A DNA stretch of 64,000 bases, taken from positions 1,733,267 to 1,797,266 of the forward strand of contig CAVYXA010000001.1 in NCBI GenBank assembly GCA_963772365.1, read 5' to 3'. This DNA comes from an uncultured Verrucomicrobiae bacterium. GTDB taxonomy: Bacteria > Verrucomicrobiota > Verrucomicrobiia > Chthoniobacterales > UBA10450. The position numbers and the translations under genes were made by a program. This document shows, one piece after another, positions 28,945 through 38,481 of this stretch (the stretch's first letter is position 1; each line of letters opens with the position of its first letter). Below the pieces are notes generated by a model that worked only from the letters and a program-made list of their open reading frames with translations, was not told where the DNA came from and did no database searches.

Positions 28945-31044
28945 ATGTTCCTGGAACACGTAGACATCGCATTTCCGGAAGGATACCAGCGGGCTGCCCT
29001 GATGGTGTCGCTGGTGAGTGTCTGGATGCTGGTCGGCCTCTTTTATTACCTGAATCGTTACACGAGGCGGGAATATTTCACGATCTGGACGGCGGCATGG
29101 CTGTTCTATGCGTTGTGGTTGACGTTGAGCCTCCGTTTGGGAAACGCACCGCCCGGGAGTATTGTTTTCCTGCTCAAGCAATGCAGCGTGGCGATCTCTG
29201 CGGTTTTTCTTTTGTGGGGTAGTTTGCGCTTTCTCAAAATTCCGGTCCAGCAGTCGCTGTTGGGTCTATTCATGTTGTTTCTGGTAGCCTGGAATTTCGT
29301 TAGTCCGCATGTGATCTCGAATGTGCTGCAGCTCGAGTTGCCGGTTTTCATCCTGATTGGTTGCGGCAGCATGTTCGCCGGAGTTTGCTTTCATCGGTTG
29401 CGCAAAAAGATGCCGATCGTCGGCTCAGGGATGTTGTCAGCCGGCTTCCTGCTCTGGGGAGTTTACCTCGCGACCTATCCGATTTCGCAGAACTATCCAG
29501 ACCTTTACAGCGCCGGATTCCTGATGGCGGCAGTCCTCCAACTTTTCATCGCCGTAAGTATGATCGTGCTCATGCTGGAGGAAGTTCGTTACACGAACGA
29601 GAAAACGGTGGCCGAACTCGTGGCGATTCGTTCGGAAAAGGAAGCTTTGCAGATGAAATTCCTGACTACCGAGGAGCGCTGCCGCAATCTTTACGATCAA
29701 GTGCAGCTCACCGAGGGTGTGCAGAAAGCCTACGATGAACTGCGCCGCAGTCAGCAGGGGCTGGTTCAACAAGAGCGGCTTCGGGCTTTGGGCCAGATGG
29801 CCAGCGGGATCGCACATGACATCAACAACGCGCTGCTTCCCATCGTCGCTTATTCCGATTTGCTTGCCACTACCCTGCCAAACGTGTCGGAATTATCCCG
29901 GCGTCAGTTCGGACAAATTAGTAAGGCGGCCGAGGACATTGCGCATATCGTTGCTGGAATGCGGGAATTTTACCGGCGTCGTTCAGATGAGGAGAAATTA
30001 CAACCGGTAAACATTAACGAGATCATCGAGGAAGTAGTTGAACTCACACGCCCGCGCTGGCGCGATCTGCCGCAACGCCAGGGGGTTTCTATCCAGGTCG
30101 AACGGAAACTGACGCCTGCACCCCCGCCGTTGCTCAGTGACGCCAGCGAGCTCCGCGAAATTTTTACCAACTTGATTTTCAATGCAGTAGACGCGCTGCC
30201 CCAGGGCGGAACGATCACATTTGTAACGCGCATCATTGACGGTGCGGTCCCGGAGGACGGCGCGACGCCGAGGCAGCACCTTCACGTCGAGGTGCGCGAT
30301 AATGGCATCGGGATGGACGAAAAGACCCGCCAACGTTGCCTGGAACCGTTCTTTTCCACCAAGGCGCAGCGAGGAGGCTGCGGGCTTGGAATGGCGATGG
30401 TTTACGGAGTGATGCAGCGTCATGAAGGCCATATCGAAATTGTCAGCGCGCCCGGCCGGGGAACTTGCGTGAAACTGACTTTCCCCATCCGTACAATGAC
30501 CTCTTGCCCATCGCCGGCCCAGACTCCTCCAGCCCCCGCTAGCCGCCCCCTTCGAATCCTTTGCATCGACGATGAACCGGCAGTCCGCCAGACCCTCCAG
30601 GATTGCCTCAACAACTATAACTACAAGGTCACAGTCGCCGAAGACGGCAAAAGCGGCTTGGAGGAGTTCCAAACTGCCAGGCAGGAGAATGATCCGTATG
30701 ATGTAGTCATCACCGATCTTGGGATGCCGGGAATGGACGGGCACCAAGTGGCGCGGACGATCAAAGCCGAGTTCCCCAAAACTCCGGTCATCATGATTAC
30801 GGGCTGGAAAACACTCATGAATGAAGAGGGCGAAATCGCGCCGGAAGTGGACGCCGCCATCGGTAAACCGCTGCGCATCCAGGAATTGAACCTTCTGATT
30901 TTGCGGCTTACTGGTCCCACAGGCACCGGACCCGACACTCTCGTCTTTGATCTGGCCGCTCCGACCAACCAGAGTTTCAACTTTTTTTCTGGCGCACCGG
31001 AACCTCGAGTCGATCTAAAAGCTACCGTTCAAAGTTCTTCCTGA
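28945..31044 (+). CDS. Hybrid sensor histidine kinase/response regulator with a multi-TM input domain
   Basis: IAHDINN (H box), NAVDA, DNGIG, GLG, REC domain (IDDE, TDLGMP, K). Confidence 0.92.
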   Translation: MFLEHVDIAFPEGYQRAALMVSLVSVWMLVGLFYYLNRYTRREYFTIWTAAWLFYALWLTLSLRLGNAPPGSIVFLLKQCSVAISAVFLLWGSLRFLKIPVQQSLLGLFMLFLVAWNFVSPHVISNVLQLELPVFILIGCGSMFAGVCFHRLRKKMPIVGSGMLSAGFLLWGVYLATYPISQNYPDLYSAGFLMAAVLQLFIAVSMIVLMLEEVRYTNEKTVAELVAIRSEKEALQMKFLTTEERCRNLYDQVQLTEGVQKAYDELRRSQQGLVQQERLRALGQMASGIAHDINNALLPIVAYSDLLATTLPNVSELSRRQFGQISKAAEDIAHIVAGMREFYRRRSDEEKLQPVNINEIIEEVVELTRPRWRDLPQRQGVSIQVERKLTPAPPPLLSDASELREIFTNLIFNAVDALPQGGTITFVTRIIDGAVPEDGATPRQHLHVEVRDNGIGMDEKTRQRCLEPFFSTKAQRGGCGLGMAMVYGVMQRHEGHIEIVSAPGRGTCVKLTFPIRTMTSCPSPAQTPPAPASRPLRILCIDDEPAVRQTLQDCLNNYNYKVTVAEDGKSGLEEFQTARQENDPYDVVITDLGMPGMDGHQVARTIKAEFPKTPVIMITGWKTLMNEEGEIAPEVDAAIGKPLRIQELNLLILRLTGPTGTGPDTLVFDLAAPTNQSFNFFSGAPEPRVDLKATVQSSS

Positions 31045-31054
31045 GAGCAAAATA

Positions 31055-31144
31055 TCAGGAAAACCCAGAGATTGTCGCGACCGCATACGCGACCGCCACC
31101 TTGTAGACATTGCGCCGCTTCAGCTCGGCGAAGAAATTAGTCAT
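31055..31144 (-). pseudogene. Truncated 5' remnant of a TolB-N/TPR array paralog
   Basis: Manual translation MTNFFAELKRRNVYKVAVAYAVATISGFS*. Confidence 0.85.
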
Positions 31145-31228
31145 TCGTGTTCTCTGATTTAGTCGCCGATTTTCCCACAAACGAACAAGATGTCGATCCA
31201 TTCGGCTGCGATCAGGACAAGTCTTGGC

Positions 31229-33298
31229 TTATTTCGGCGCGAGCGAGGCGACGATTTTCTCGAAGCGGGGATCGCCGCGGAGCGGATCGCAGAAGGGATA
31301 CAGCTTCAACGAACCGTAACTCAGCACACCTGATGCGACAGGAGCACGCAATCCCGCTTCCAGCTGTTTCAAGGCCAGCTCCTTTTCCCCGGCCCACGCT
31401 GCAGTGATGGCGAAATACTGAAGGACGCGGCTGCCATTGGTAGCATCTTTTTCCACCGGCATGAGCGCAATCGCCTGACGACCTTCCTCCAAGGCCAGGT
31501 CTTTCCGCCCAAGAGCAGCGTCAATTAAGCCAAGGACGCAAAGCGCGGGGCCGTAGTCCGGTTGCGCCTGCACGATCTTCTCCTGCTGAGCGCGAGCCGC
31601 TTCAAACGCAGTGCGCGCTCTTGCCTCATCTTTGGTCATGCGCGCCAGCAGGCCTTCGCCAAAGCTACGGCTCAGATTAATCGTCGAGTCAAACCAGCAG
31701 TCATTGTCCCCCAGCGCGACGAGTGCGCGCTCGGCCGCGGCTGGATCGCGTTCGGCCAGAGCGCAAAAGAACCAGCTGTTCGCCGAGTTAGCAATCGCGC
31801 CTGGTCCTTGCGCGAGCATTGCATCAATCGTTTGGCGCAGCGGCCGAGTGTCCGCCTTCCAGTAGAGGTAGAATTCTCCACGAGTGATCTGGGTGTCGAC
31901 ATTGTCGGGCACGATCGCTAAGACCCGATCCAGGGCCGCGATGGCCTCGGCATAGCGCTGCAGGTTTTGGTAACTAACGGCGATCTGTTGCAGAACATAA
32001 AAGTTACGTGGGTCCAGCTCCACCGCGCGCTGCAGGTTCTGCAGACCTTCCTCCTGCTGGCCACGCCGGCGCAGAATGTAGCCCGTGAATTCGAAGAGAC
32101 GCGGATCGTTGGGTAATGTTCGCCGCGCAATCTCCAATTCCGCGAGGGCGCCGGCATAATCGCGCGGCCCGAAGTAGAGATATTGTGCGCGCGCCAAATG
32201 CGTTTCGGCAGCATTCGGCCGCAGCCGGGTCGCGGCTTGCACCGCAGCTTCAGCCAGCGCAAGTCGGGCGGGAGTGTGATCAAACCCCGATATTGCATAA
32301 AGGTTTTCGTGGGCATAGGCGAGCTGGCAGTAAGCGTCGAAAAATGACGGGTCGCGCTTGACCGCTTCATCCAGAAGTTCGATCGCCTTCCGCAGGTCTG
32401 GCTCGTTCGTCACGCTAAAATTTGCCATCAGGACAAGTGACTTCGCCCGGCTGTAAAGATCGAAAGCCGTCAGATCAGTCGTGGGCGGCTGCTCGATGGC
32501 TTTCTTCTCGTTAGGCGAAAGTTTGGCCTGCAACTGGTCGGCGATGGCTTTGGCGATCTCGCTTTGGATGGCGAAAACATCGGCCAGATCGCGGTCGTAG
32601 GTCTCAGCCCAGACATGCGCATCGGTCCGCGCATCGATCAACTGTGCGTTCACGCGAATCTTATTGGCGGACCGCTGAACGCTCCCTTCGAGTAAATGCG
32701 CCACCCCCAGTTGCTGACCGATCTCACGCAGATTACGCGCAACTCCGCTCTTGTATTGCGTCACGCTAGTGCGGCTGATCACCTTTAGGTCGGCGATCCG
32801 CGAAAGGTCGATCAGGATTTGGTCCTGCACGCCATCGGCAAAGTATTCGTTCTGTTTTTCCTCACTCAGGTTTTTGAAGGGCAACACGGCAATCGATTTA
32901 CTTTCGATGGCAACGGCGGGTGGCGGTTGTTTCGTAGTTTCGATGTCTTGCTGCGAATGTAAGAACCGAAAAATCGTCACTCCGGCCGCCAGCGCCGCGA
33001 CGATCACAATTACAGCGGTGAGCTTGCGCCCGGCCCTACGCGTGACTCTGCGATCGACGTCACCTTCAAGTTTGATTCCTTCCGGCGTAATCTCAAAGGC
33101 CCACGACAGGATCAAGGCGACCGGGAAGCCCAGAATCAAAAGCAGCACGACAAGGCGCACCGCCCAATTCGGAATCTCGAAGAATGGAAAGACCTGAGTC
33201 GCCACCTGGATCAGCAACCAGGCCACGACGACGTAGGCCACTGCGACGCTGTAAACACGGCGCCGCTTTAGTTCGGCGAAGAAATTGCTGATGTTCAC
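31229..33298 (-). CDS. Membrane-anchored TolB-N-like/TPR protein (array member 5)
   Basis: FFAELKRR N-terminus, 3 TM, SIAVLPF..., TPRs, DPLRGDPRF tail. Confidence 0.85.
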   Translation of the reverse strand: MNISNFFAELKRRRVYSVAVAYVVVAWLLIQVATQVFPFFEIPNWAVRLVVLLLILGFPVALILSWAFEITPEGIKLEGDVDRRVTRRAGRKLTAVIVIVAALAAGVTIFRFLHSQQDIETTKQPPPAVAIESKSIAVLPFKNLSEEKQNEYFADGVQDQILIDLSRIADLKVISRTSVTQYKSGVARNLREIGQQLGVAHLLEGSVQRSANKIRVNAQLIDARTDAHVWAETYDRDLADVFAIQSEIAKAIADQLQAKLSPNEKKAIEQPPTTDLTAFDLYSRAKSLVLMANFSVTNEPDLRKAIELLDEAVKRDPSFFDAYCQLAYAHENLYAISGFDHTPARLALAEAAVQAATRLRPNAAETHLARAQYLYFGPRDYAGALAELEIARRTLPNDPRLFEFTGYILRRRGQQEEGLQNLQRAVELDPRNFYVLQQIAVSYQNLQRYAEAIAALDRVLAIVPDNVDTQITRGEFYLYWKADTRPLRQTIDAMLAQGPGAIANSANSWFFCALAERDPAAAERALVALGDNDCWFDSTINLSRSFGEGLLARMTKDEARARTAFEAARAQQEKIVQAQPDYGPALCVLGLIDAALGRKDLALEEGRQAIALMPVEKDATNGSRVLQYFAITAAWAGEKELALKQLEAGLRAPVASGVLSYGSLKLYPFCDPLRGDPRFEKIVASLAPK

Positions 33299-33371
33299 CG
33301 CTTCGCGGTCAGCCTGCGTTGTTTGGGGTTGACCATTTCCCGCGAGAAATTAGAAAACGCGCTCGCTAATA

Positions 33372-33785
33372 CTAACTCCAGGGATTGAACAGCGATACTC
33401 CGAGGCCTTCTACGTTCCTTACGTTTCGCGTAACCAGCGTCAGACGATGCACCAGCGCGGTCGCCGCCAGCAGGCCATCTTCCGGCGGGATCGGTCGCAG
33501 AGCGCTGAGCCGGCCCCATTCCTGAGCGATTTCCAGCGTAATCGGCAAAATGCGCTCGGCGTACAAATGCGTAAGCCGCGCGATCCATCTCGCCAGCGCG
33601 TCGGCCATTTGCGGGTCCGTGCGGCGTTTCAAATTAGCGCCACGGACCAATTCCCCGACCACCAGCACGCTGAGAAAATCCTGATTCTTCGGAACAGTCG
33701 CCGCCCACGCATTTACTTTCGGCGCGCACCGCTCTTTCTTTCGTAGCTCGGACACGACGTTGGTTTCGAGCAGGAAACCATTCAT
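33372..33785 (-). CDS. vapC: FitB/VapC-like PIN toxin
   Basis: LLETNVVSE, DGLLAATA, LVTRN. Confidence 0.88.
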   Translation of the reverse strand: MNGFLLETNVVSELRKKERCAPKVNAWAATVPKNQDFLSVLVVGELVRGANLKRRTDPQMADALARWIARLTHLYAERILPITLEIAQEWGRLSALRPIPPEDGLLAATALVHRLTLVTRNVRNVEGLGVSLFNPWS

Positions 33786-34015
33786 AGCGCGATCTTGCGC
33801 GGCTTGCGCTTTCGCCTTCGGAAGACGCTGTCGTGATCCACATCCGGCATCGTGCGCAGAAAATCAATTAGCGGCATGGACGGCACATCGCCCACCAGCG
33901 AACGCCGCAAGATGCGGCGAGCTTCTTCCTCCGTCGAGACGCCTTCTGCGGCAGCTTTGGCGCGAAGCTTGCGAACGACGGCACTATTCAGTTGTCGAAT
34001 GAGGATTTGAGGCAT
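33782..34015 (-). CDS. FitA-like ribbon-helix-helix antitoxin
   Basis: QILIRQL...LRAKAAAEGVSTEEEARRIL. Confidence 0.85.
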   Translation of the reverse strand: MPQILIRQLNSAVVRKLRAKAAAEGVSTEEEARRILRRSLVGDVPSMPLIDFLRTMPDVDHDSVFRRRKRKPRKIAL

Positions 34016-34025
34016 CGCGCAAGAT

Positions 34026-34042
34026 TGATAGCAATGCTATCA
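34026..34042. promoter_or_regulatory. FitA-type operator palindrome
   Basis: TGATAGCA-A-TGCTATCA, a perfect 8-1-8 inverted repeat 10 bp upstream of the antitoxin start. Confidence 0.75.
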
Positions 34043-34087
34043 CTCCCACGCAAGCGACTTTTGCCGGCGAGGCTTGATTTTGGCGAG

Positions 34088-34241
34088 AAACCATCAATTG
34101 GATCGCCCAGTTCGGAATGTTGAAAAAGGGGAAAACCTGTGTTGTGACCTGAATGAGCAGCCAGGCCACAACCGCATAGGCGGCCGCAACCTTGTAGACA
34201 TTGCGCCGCTTCAGCTCGGCCAGGAAGTGATGAACTCTCAC
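34088..34241 (-). pseudogene. Truncated 5' remnant (about 51 codons) of an array paralog, cut by the TA module
   Basis: FLAELKRRNVYKV...FPFFNIPNWAIQLMV, after which homology stops; GTGA overlap with the upstream member's stop. Confidence 0.85.
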
Positions 34242-36289
34242 CGCGTTAGCTTCAACAATTCCTGAAATCGCGCATCGTCTCGCAGCGGGTCGAGCTTGAG
34301 CATTGCCCTCGTGAGCGGCATCTGTTCTCCATTCAGTGGACCTTCGTACGGGATTGCAAGCAGCTTTTGGAGAAGGGCAATGGCTTGGTCGGGTTCGCCG
34401 ACTTGCGCCTTTACGCGGGCGAGAGCCTCGAGCATCCCCGGCCCTTGAAAGGCATCGCGGTCGACGGGCATTACGGCGATTGCTCTTTGCGCCAGGTCTA
34501 AGGCGGAAGCTTTGTTGCCCAAGCCCGTCTCGGTCAGCGCCAGCTCTATCATAGTAAAATAATTGTCTGGCTGTTGTTTAAGTATCGGCTCCAGCTCCGC
34601 GCGGCCGGTGCGCCAGCTCTCCCGCGCTTCAGCTTGTTGACCGGCAACTTCCTGCGCCCATCCTAACCAATAGCGAAGCTCGCCCATATCATAACCTCGG
34701 TTCGGATCGGGGTGGGCCAGCATCTTTTGCAGCCGAGTGATACTTGGTGCGGGCTGGCGTTCCAGAATGGTTTGGTAGACCTGGGTGTAGATGACATTGG
34801 GATCACCTTCCGATGGTCGAAGCGGCGCGAGTAACCTGGCGGCACGCGGCAGGTCGCCTTGAGCCTGGGCGATGGCTGCTGCCAAGGCGAGAGTATCCAT
34901 GTCGTCTGGTATGATCTCGAGAATCCGGTCCACCAGATGCGAGGCGTCGGCGAAGCGTCGGAGCGCGGCGTAGGAACGCGCATACTGACTCAGGACGCGA
35001 ATGTTCCGTGGATCGAGCCGCTCGGCTTCTTCGAGGTAGGCATTGCTTTGTTCCCAACGGCCTTGCCGTCGAGCAACGTAGGCTAGTAACTCGGGAATGC
35101 GGCTGCTATTGGGCAGAAGAGTTCGCGCCCGTTCGAAGTAACTCACGGCCGTGTCGTACTCCTTTAAGCAGGCATAATGATAGTAACCCTGGGCCTGGAC
35201 TGCTTCGGCAAGATCGGGTTCCAGCGCCAGCGCGGTCGCAGCAGCCTGCTTTGCTTCTTCGCGTAATTGTATGGTCGGCTGCAAAGTCTGGGTAAGATAA
35301 GCGTGGGCATCTATAAAGGAGAGCAGGGTCCAGGCGAGGGCAAACTTCGGGTCCAACCGGACCGCTTCTTTGAGATACTTCTGAGCTTCTCTGGAGTTAA
35401 CTGTGGAGTTGGCTGACTTAAGGTCGTAGGCCAGCCCGCGCAGATAGTTATCATAAGCCTCCGGGTTAGTCGTCGGCTTCTCCGCAAGGACGACTGCCTC
35501 GCGCCCGGTGATCTTAGCCTGGAGCTGATTCGCGATCGCTTTCGCCACTTCGCTTTCCACCGCAAAAACGTCCGTCAGTTTGCGGTCAAAGCTGTCGGCC
35601 CAGAGGTGGGAATCGGTCGCTGCTTTGATCAGCTGCACGTTCACCCGCACGGCGTCCGCACTCTTCTGCACGCTGCCTTCCAAAATGTGGGCGACGCCGA
35701 GTTGCCGGGCGATCTCCGGCACATTCTCAGGCGTGCTCTTATAGTGCTGGGTCGAAGTGCGCGAGATGACCTTCAGATCGGCGATCTTCGCCAGACGGGT
35801 CAGAATTTCATCCTGTATCCCATCGGTGAAATAGCCATTCGCTTTATCATCGCTCAGGTTTTCAAAAGGAAGAACGGCAATACTCTTTTGCGGAATGTCG
35901 GTTGCGGCGGTGCCCGTTCCTGGCCTCGCCCCAAGAGATGTTTTTGGCCGCAGCAGATGAACCATCATCAAACCCACCGCCAGCACCGCAGCGATGGCTG
36001 TAAAAGCCGCAATCTTCCGACCAGTCCCCCTCGTAATCGACTTGTCAGGTGCTACCTCCGACTCGCGCTTGATTCCCTCCAGTGTGATTTCGAATGCCCA
36101 GGAGAAGACTAGCGCCACTGGAAAGCCAAGGATCAAGAGCAACACGACCAGCCGCACCGCCCAGTTCGGAACCGCGAAGAAGGGGAAGACCTGGGTCGCG
36201 ATCTGGATCAGTAGCCACGCCACGACCACGTAGGCGACCGCAACTTTATAGACATTGCGCCGCTTCAGCTCGGCGAGGAAAGATTTCAT
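34238..36289 (-). CDS. Membrane-anchored TolB-N-like/TPR protein (array member 4)
   Basis: Same architecture as the other members. Confidence 0.85.
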   Translation of the reverse strand: MKSFLAELKRRNVYKVAVAYVVVAWLLIQIATQVFPFFAVPNWAVRLVVLLLILGFPVALVFSWAFEITLEGIKRESEVAPDKSITRGTGRKIAAFTAIAAVLAVGLMMVHLLRPKTSLGARPGTGTAATDIPQKSIAVLPFENLSDDKANGYFTDGIQDEILTRLAKIADLKVISRTSTQHYKSTPENVPEIARQLGVAHILEGSVQKSADAVRVNVQLIKAATDSHLWADSFDRKLTDVFAVESEVAKAIANQLQAKITGREAVVLAEKPTTNPEAYDNYLRGLAYDLKSANSTVNSREAQKYLKEAVRLDPKFALAWTLLSFIDAHAYLTQTLQPTIQLREEAKQAAATALALEPDLAEAVQAQGYYHYACLKEYDTAVSYFERARTLLPNSSRIPELLAYVARRQGRWEQSNAYLEEAERLDPRNIRVLSQYARSYAALRRFADASHLVDRILEIIPDDMDTLALAAAIAQAQGDLPRAARLLAPLRPSEGDPNVIYTQVYQTILERQPAPSITRLQKMLAHPDPNRGYDMGELRYWLGWAQEVAGQQAEARESWRTGRAELEPILKQQPDNYFTMIELALTETGLGNKASALDLAQRAIAVMPVDRDAFQGPGMLEALARVKAQVGEPDQAIALLQKLLAIPYEGPLNGEQMPLTRAMLKLDPLRDDARFQELLKLTR

Positions 36290-36381
36290 CCGTTAGGGCG
36301 ACGTCATTGTGCCAACGATCTTAGCCTTTCGCGCAACGCTTCGGAAGCTTATTTCGCGCTCGCTTCGGCAGCCTCGTCCTA

Positions 36382-38460
36382 CTATCTCGCCGCTTTCGGG
36401 ATGGACGAATCGGCGAGCTTTTGGAAGCGCGGATCGTTCCGCAACGAATCGAACATCGGATCGAGCCGGAGGAGCGCGGGCGTGAGCGGCATGCCCGTGG
36501 CCAGACCGCCATTGCACGGGATCGAAAGTATTTTCTGTAAAGCGGCGATGGCGCGGTCAGGTTCGCCCAGGCGTGCCGCTATCCGGGCCAGGATGTCGAT
36601 CGACTGCGGACTGTTGGCAGCGTCTTTCTCGATCGGATGAAAGGCGATGGCGCGCTCGATCAAGGTGAAGGCAGCGGCTTTATCACCGAGGCCCGCTGCG
36701 ATCAGCGCGAGATCATCGAGAAGAGACCAATTGTCCGGCTGTTCTTTGAGAAAGGCTCCCAGTTCGGTGCGGGCTTCGCGCCAGGTTTCTTGCGCGGCGA
36801 CGTGATCCCCGGCGACTTCCTGTGCCCAGCCTAACCAGAAGCGCAGTTCGCCATTTAGATAACCCGCACCCGGGTCGGGTTGAGCGAGCACTTCCTTTAG
36901 CTGAGCGATAACTCGGGCTGGCCGCCGCTCAAGGATGCCCTGGTAGGCAACCTGTTCCCATCCGGTCGGGTCACCGGCAGCCGGATGGACTTGAGCGAGA
37001 AGAGTCGCGGCCCGCGGCAGGTCGCCTTCGGCCTGGGCAATCGCCGCCTTTTCCACCAGGGCGTCAGTGTCGTTAGGCACAATCTCCAGAATCAGGTCGA
37101 GCTTGCGTAGCGCTTCGTGGAAACGCCGCAGCGCGATATAGAACTGGGCATGTCGAGTGAGCAGATTCGCATTGCGCGGATCGAGCCGCTCAGCTTCGAT
37201 GAAATAGGATTCACTTCGCTCCCAGTGCCCCTGATCGCGGGCGACAAAGGCGAGCGATTGAGGAATCAGACTGCTATTGGGCAGGAACTTTCGAGCTTGC
37301 TCGTAGCAACGCACCGCAGTTTCGAAATCGTTCACACATCCGTAATGGTAATAGCCATTGGCCACCCAGGCTTCACCTAGATTAAGATCAAGTGTCAGCG
37401 CGGTCTCGAAAGCCTGTCGCGCCTCCTCCCGAAGAGCGGCCGTTGGCTGGAGATTTGTCGTGTGGTAGCCGCGCGCGTCCACATAGGAGAGGAGCGCCCA
37501 GGCCAGCGCGAACTTTGGGTCGACTTTGACTGCTTCTCTGAAATACTTCTGCGCCCCAAGGTAATTGGCCGGCGTATTCTGCGTTTTCAGGGTGTAAGCG
37601 AGCCCACGAAGGTAAGCATCGTAAGCTTCGGGATTATCTGTGGGTTTCGCCGCGATAACCTGCTTTTCCCGGCCCGTGAGATGTAATTGCAGCTGGTCGG
37701 CGATAGCGTTGGCGATCTCACTTTCGACCGAAAAAATGTCAGTCAGTTTTCGATCAAAGCTATCGGCCCAAACGTGGGAATCGGTCGCTGCTTTTATCAG
37801 CTGCACGTTCACGTGCACGGCATCACCTTGCTTCTGCACACTTCCTTCCAGGATGTGGGCGACGCCGAGTTGCCGGGCGATCTCGGGCAGATTTTCGGGC
37901 GCGCTCTGATATCGCTGAGTCGATGTGCGCGAAATGACTTTGAGATCGGCGATCTTGGATAAGCGCGTCAGAATTTCGTCCTGAATGCCCTCGGCGAAGT
38001 AAGCATTCGCTTTTTCTTCGCTCAAGTTTTCAAAGGGCAGGACCGCGATCGACTTGTTCTCGATTTTTGCTGACAGCGAAGCCGGCTTCCCGTTTTCGAC
38101 TGCCGAGTGAGAACGGACAAATCGAAAGATCATCAATCCGGCCGCGAGGACGGCGAGGAGGGCGATTAGAGCGGTCAACTTGCGCCCGGCCTTGCGGGCG
38201 ATTGACTTGCTGCGATCGATCTCTCCCTCGCGTTTGATTCCCTCCGGCGTGATCTCAAATGCCCAGGCGAGAATCAACGCGACCGGGAAACCCAGGATCA
38301 CGAGAAGCACAACCAGCCGGACTCCCCAGTTCGGAATTTCGAAGAATGGAAATACCTGTGTCGCGACCTGGATCAGCAGCCACGCTGCCACGCCATAAGC
38401 CACCGCTACTTTGTAGACGTTGCGCCGCTTCAGCTCGGCGAAGAAATTACCCGGATTCAC
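36382..38460 (-). CDS. Membrane-anchored TolB-N-like/TPR protein (array member 3)
   Basis: Same architecture. Confidence 0.85.
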   Translation of the reverse strand: MNPGNFFAELKRRNVYKVAVAYGVAAWLLIQVATQVFPFFEIPNWGVRLVVLLVILGFPVALILAWAFEITPEGIKREGEIDRSKSIARKAGRKLTALIALLAVLAAGLMIFRFVRSHSAVENGKPASLSAKIENKSIAVLPFENLSEEKANAYFAEGIQDEILTRLSKIADLKVISRTSTQRYQSAPENLPEIARQLGVAHILEGSVQKQGDAVHVNVQLIKAATDSHVWADSFDRKLTDIFSVESEIANAIADQLQLHLTGREKQVIAAKPTDNPEAYDAYLRGLAYTLKTQNTPANYLGAQKYFREAVKVDPKFALAWALLSYVDARGYHTTNLQPTAALREEARQAFETALTLDLNLGEAWVANGYYHYGCVNDFETAVRCYEQARKFLPNSSLIPQSLAFVARDQGHWERSESYFIEAERLDPRNANLLTRHAQFYIALRRFHEALRKLDLILEIVPNDTDALVEKAAIAQAEGDLPRAATLLAQVHPAAGDPTGWEQVAYQGILERRPARVIAQLKEVLAQPDPGAGYLNGELRFWLGWAQEVAGDHVAAQETWREARTELGAFLKEQPDNWSLLDDLALIAAGLGDKAAAFTLIERAIAFHPIEKDAANSPQSIDILARIAARLGEPDRAIAALQKILSIPCNGGLATGMPLTPALLRLDPMFDSLRNDPRFQKLADSSIPKAAR

Positions 38461-38481
38461 GGCGGCACATTTCTTCAGTGC

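Noticed and set aside
31651..31672. GGCCTTCGCCAAAGCTACGG resembling the hairpin repeat near 18095
   Set aside because: It encodes SRSFGEGL in an apparently ordinary helical region with no sign of insertion; probably coincidence
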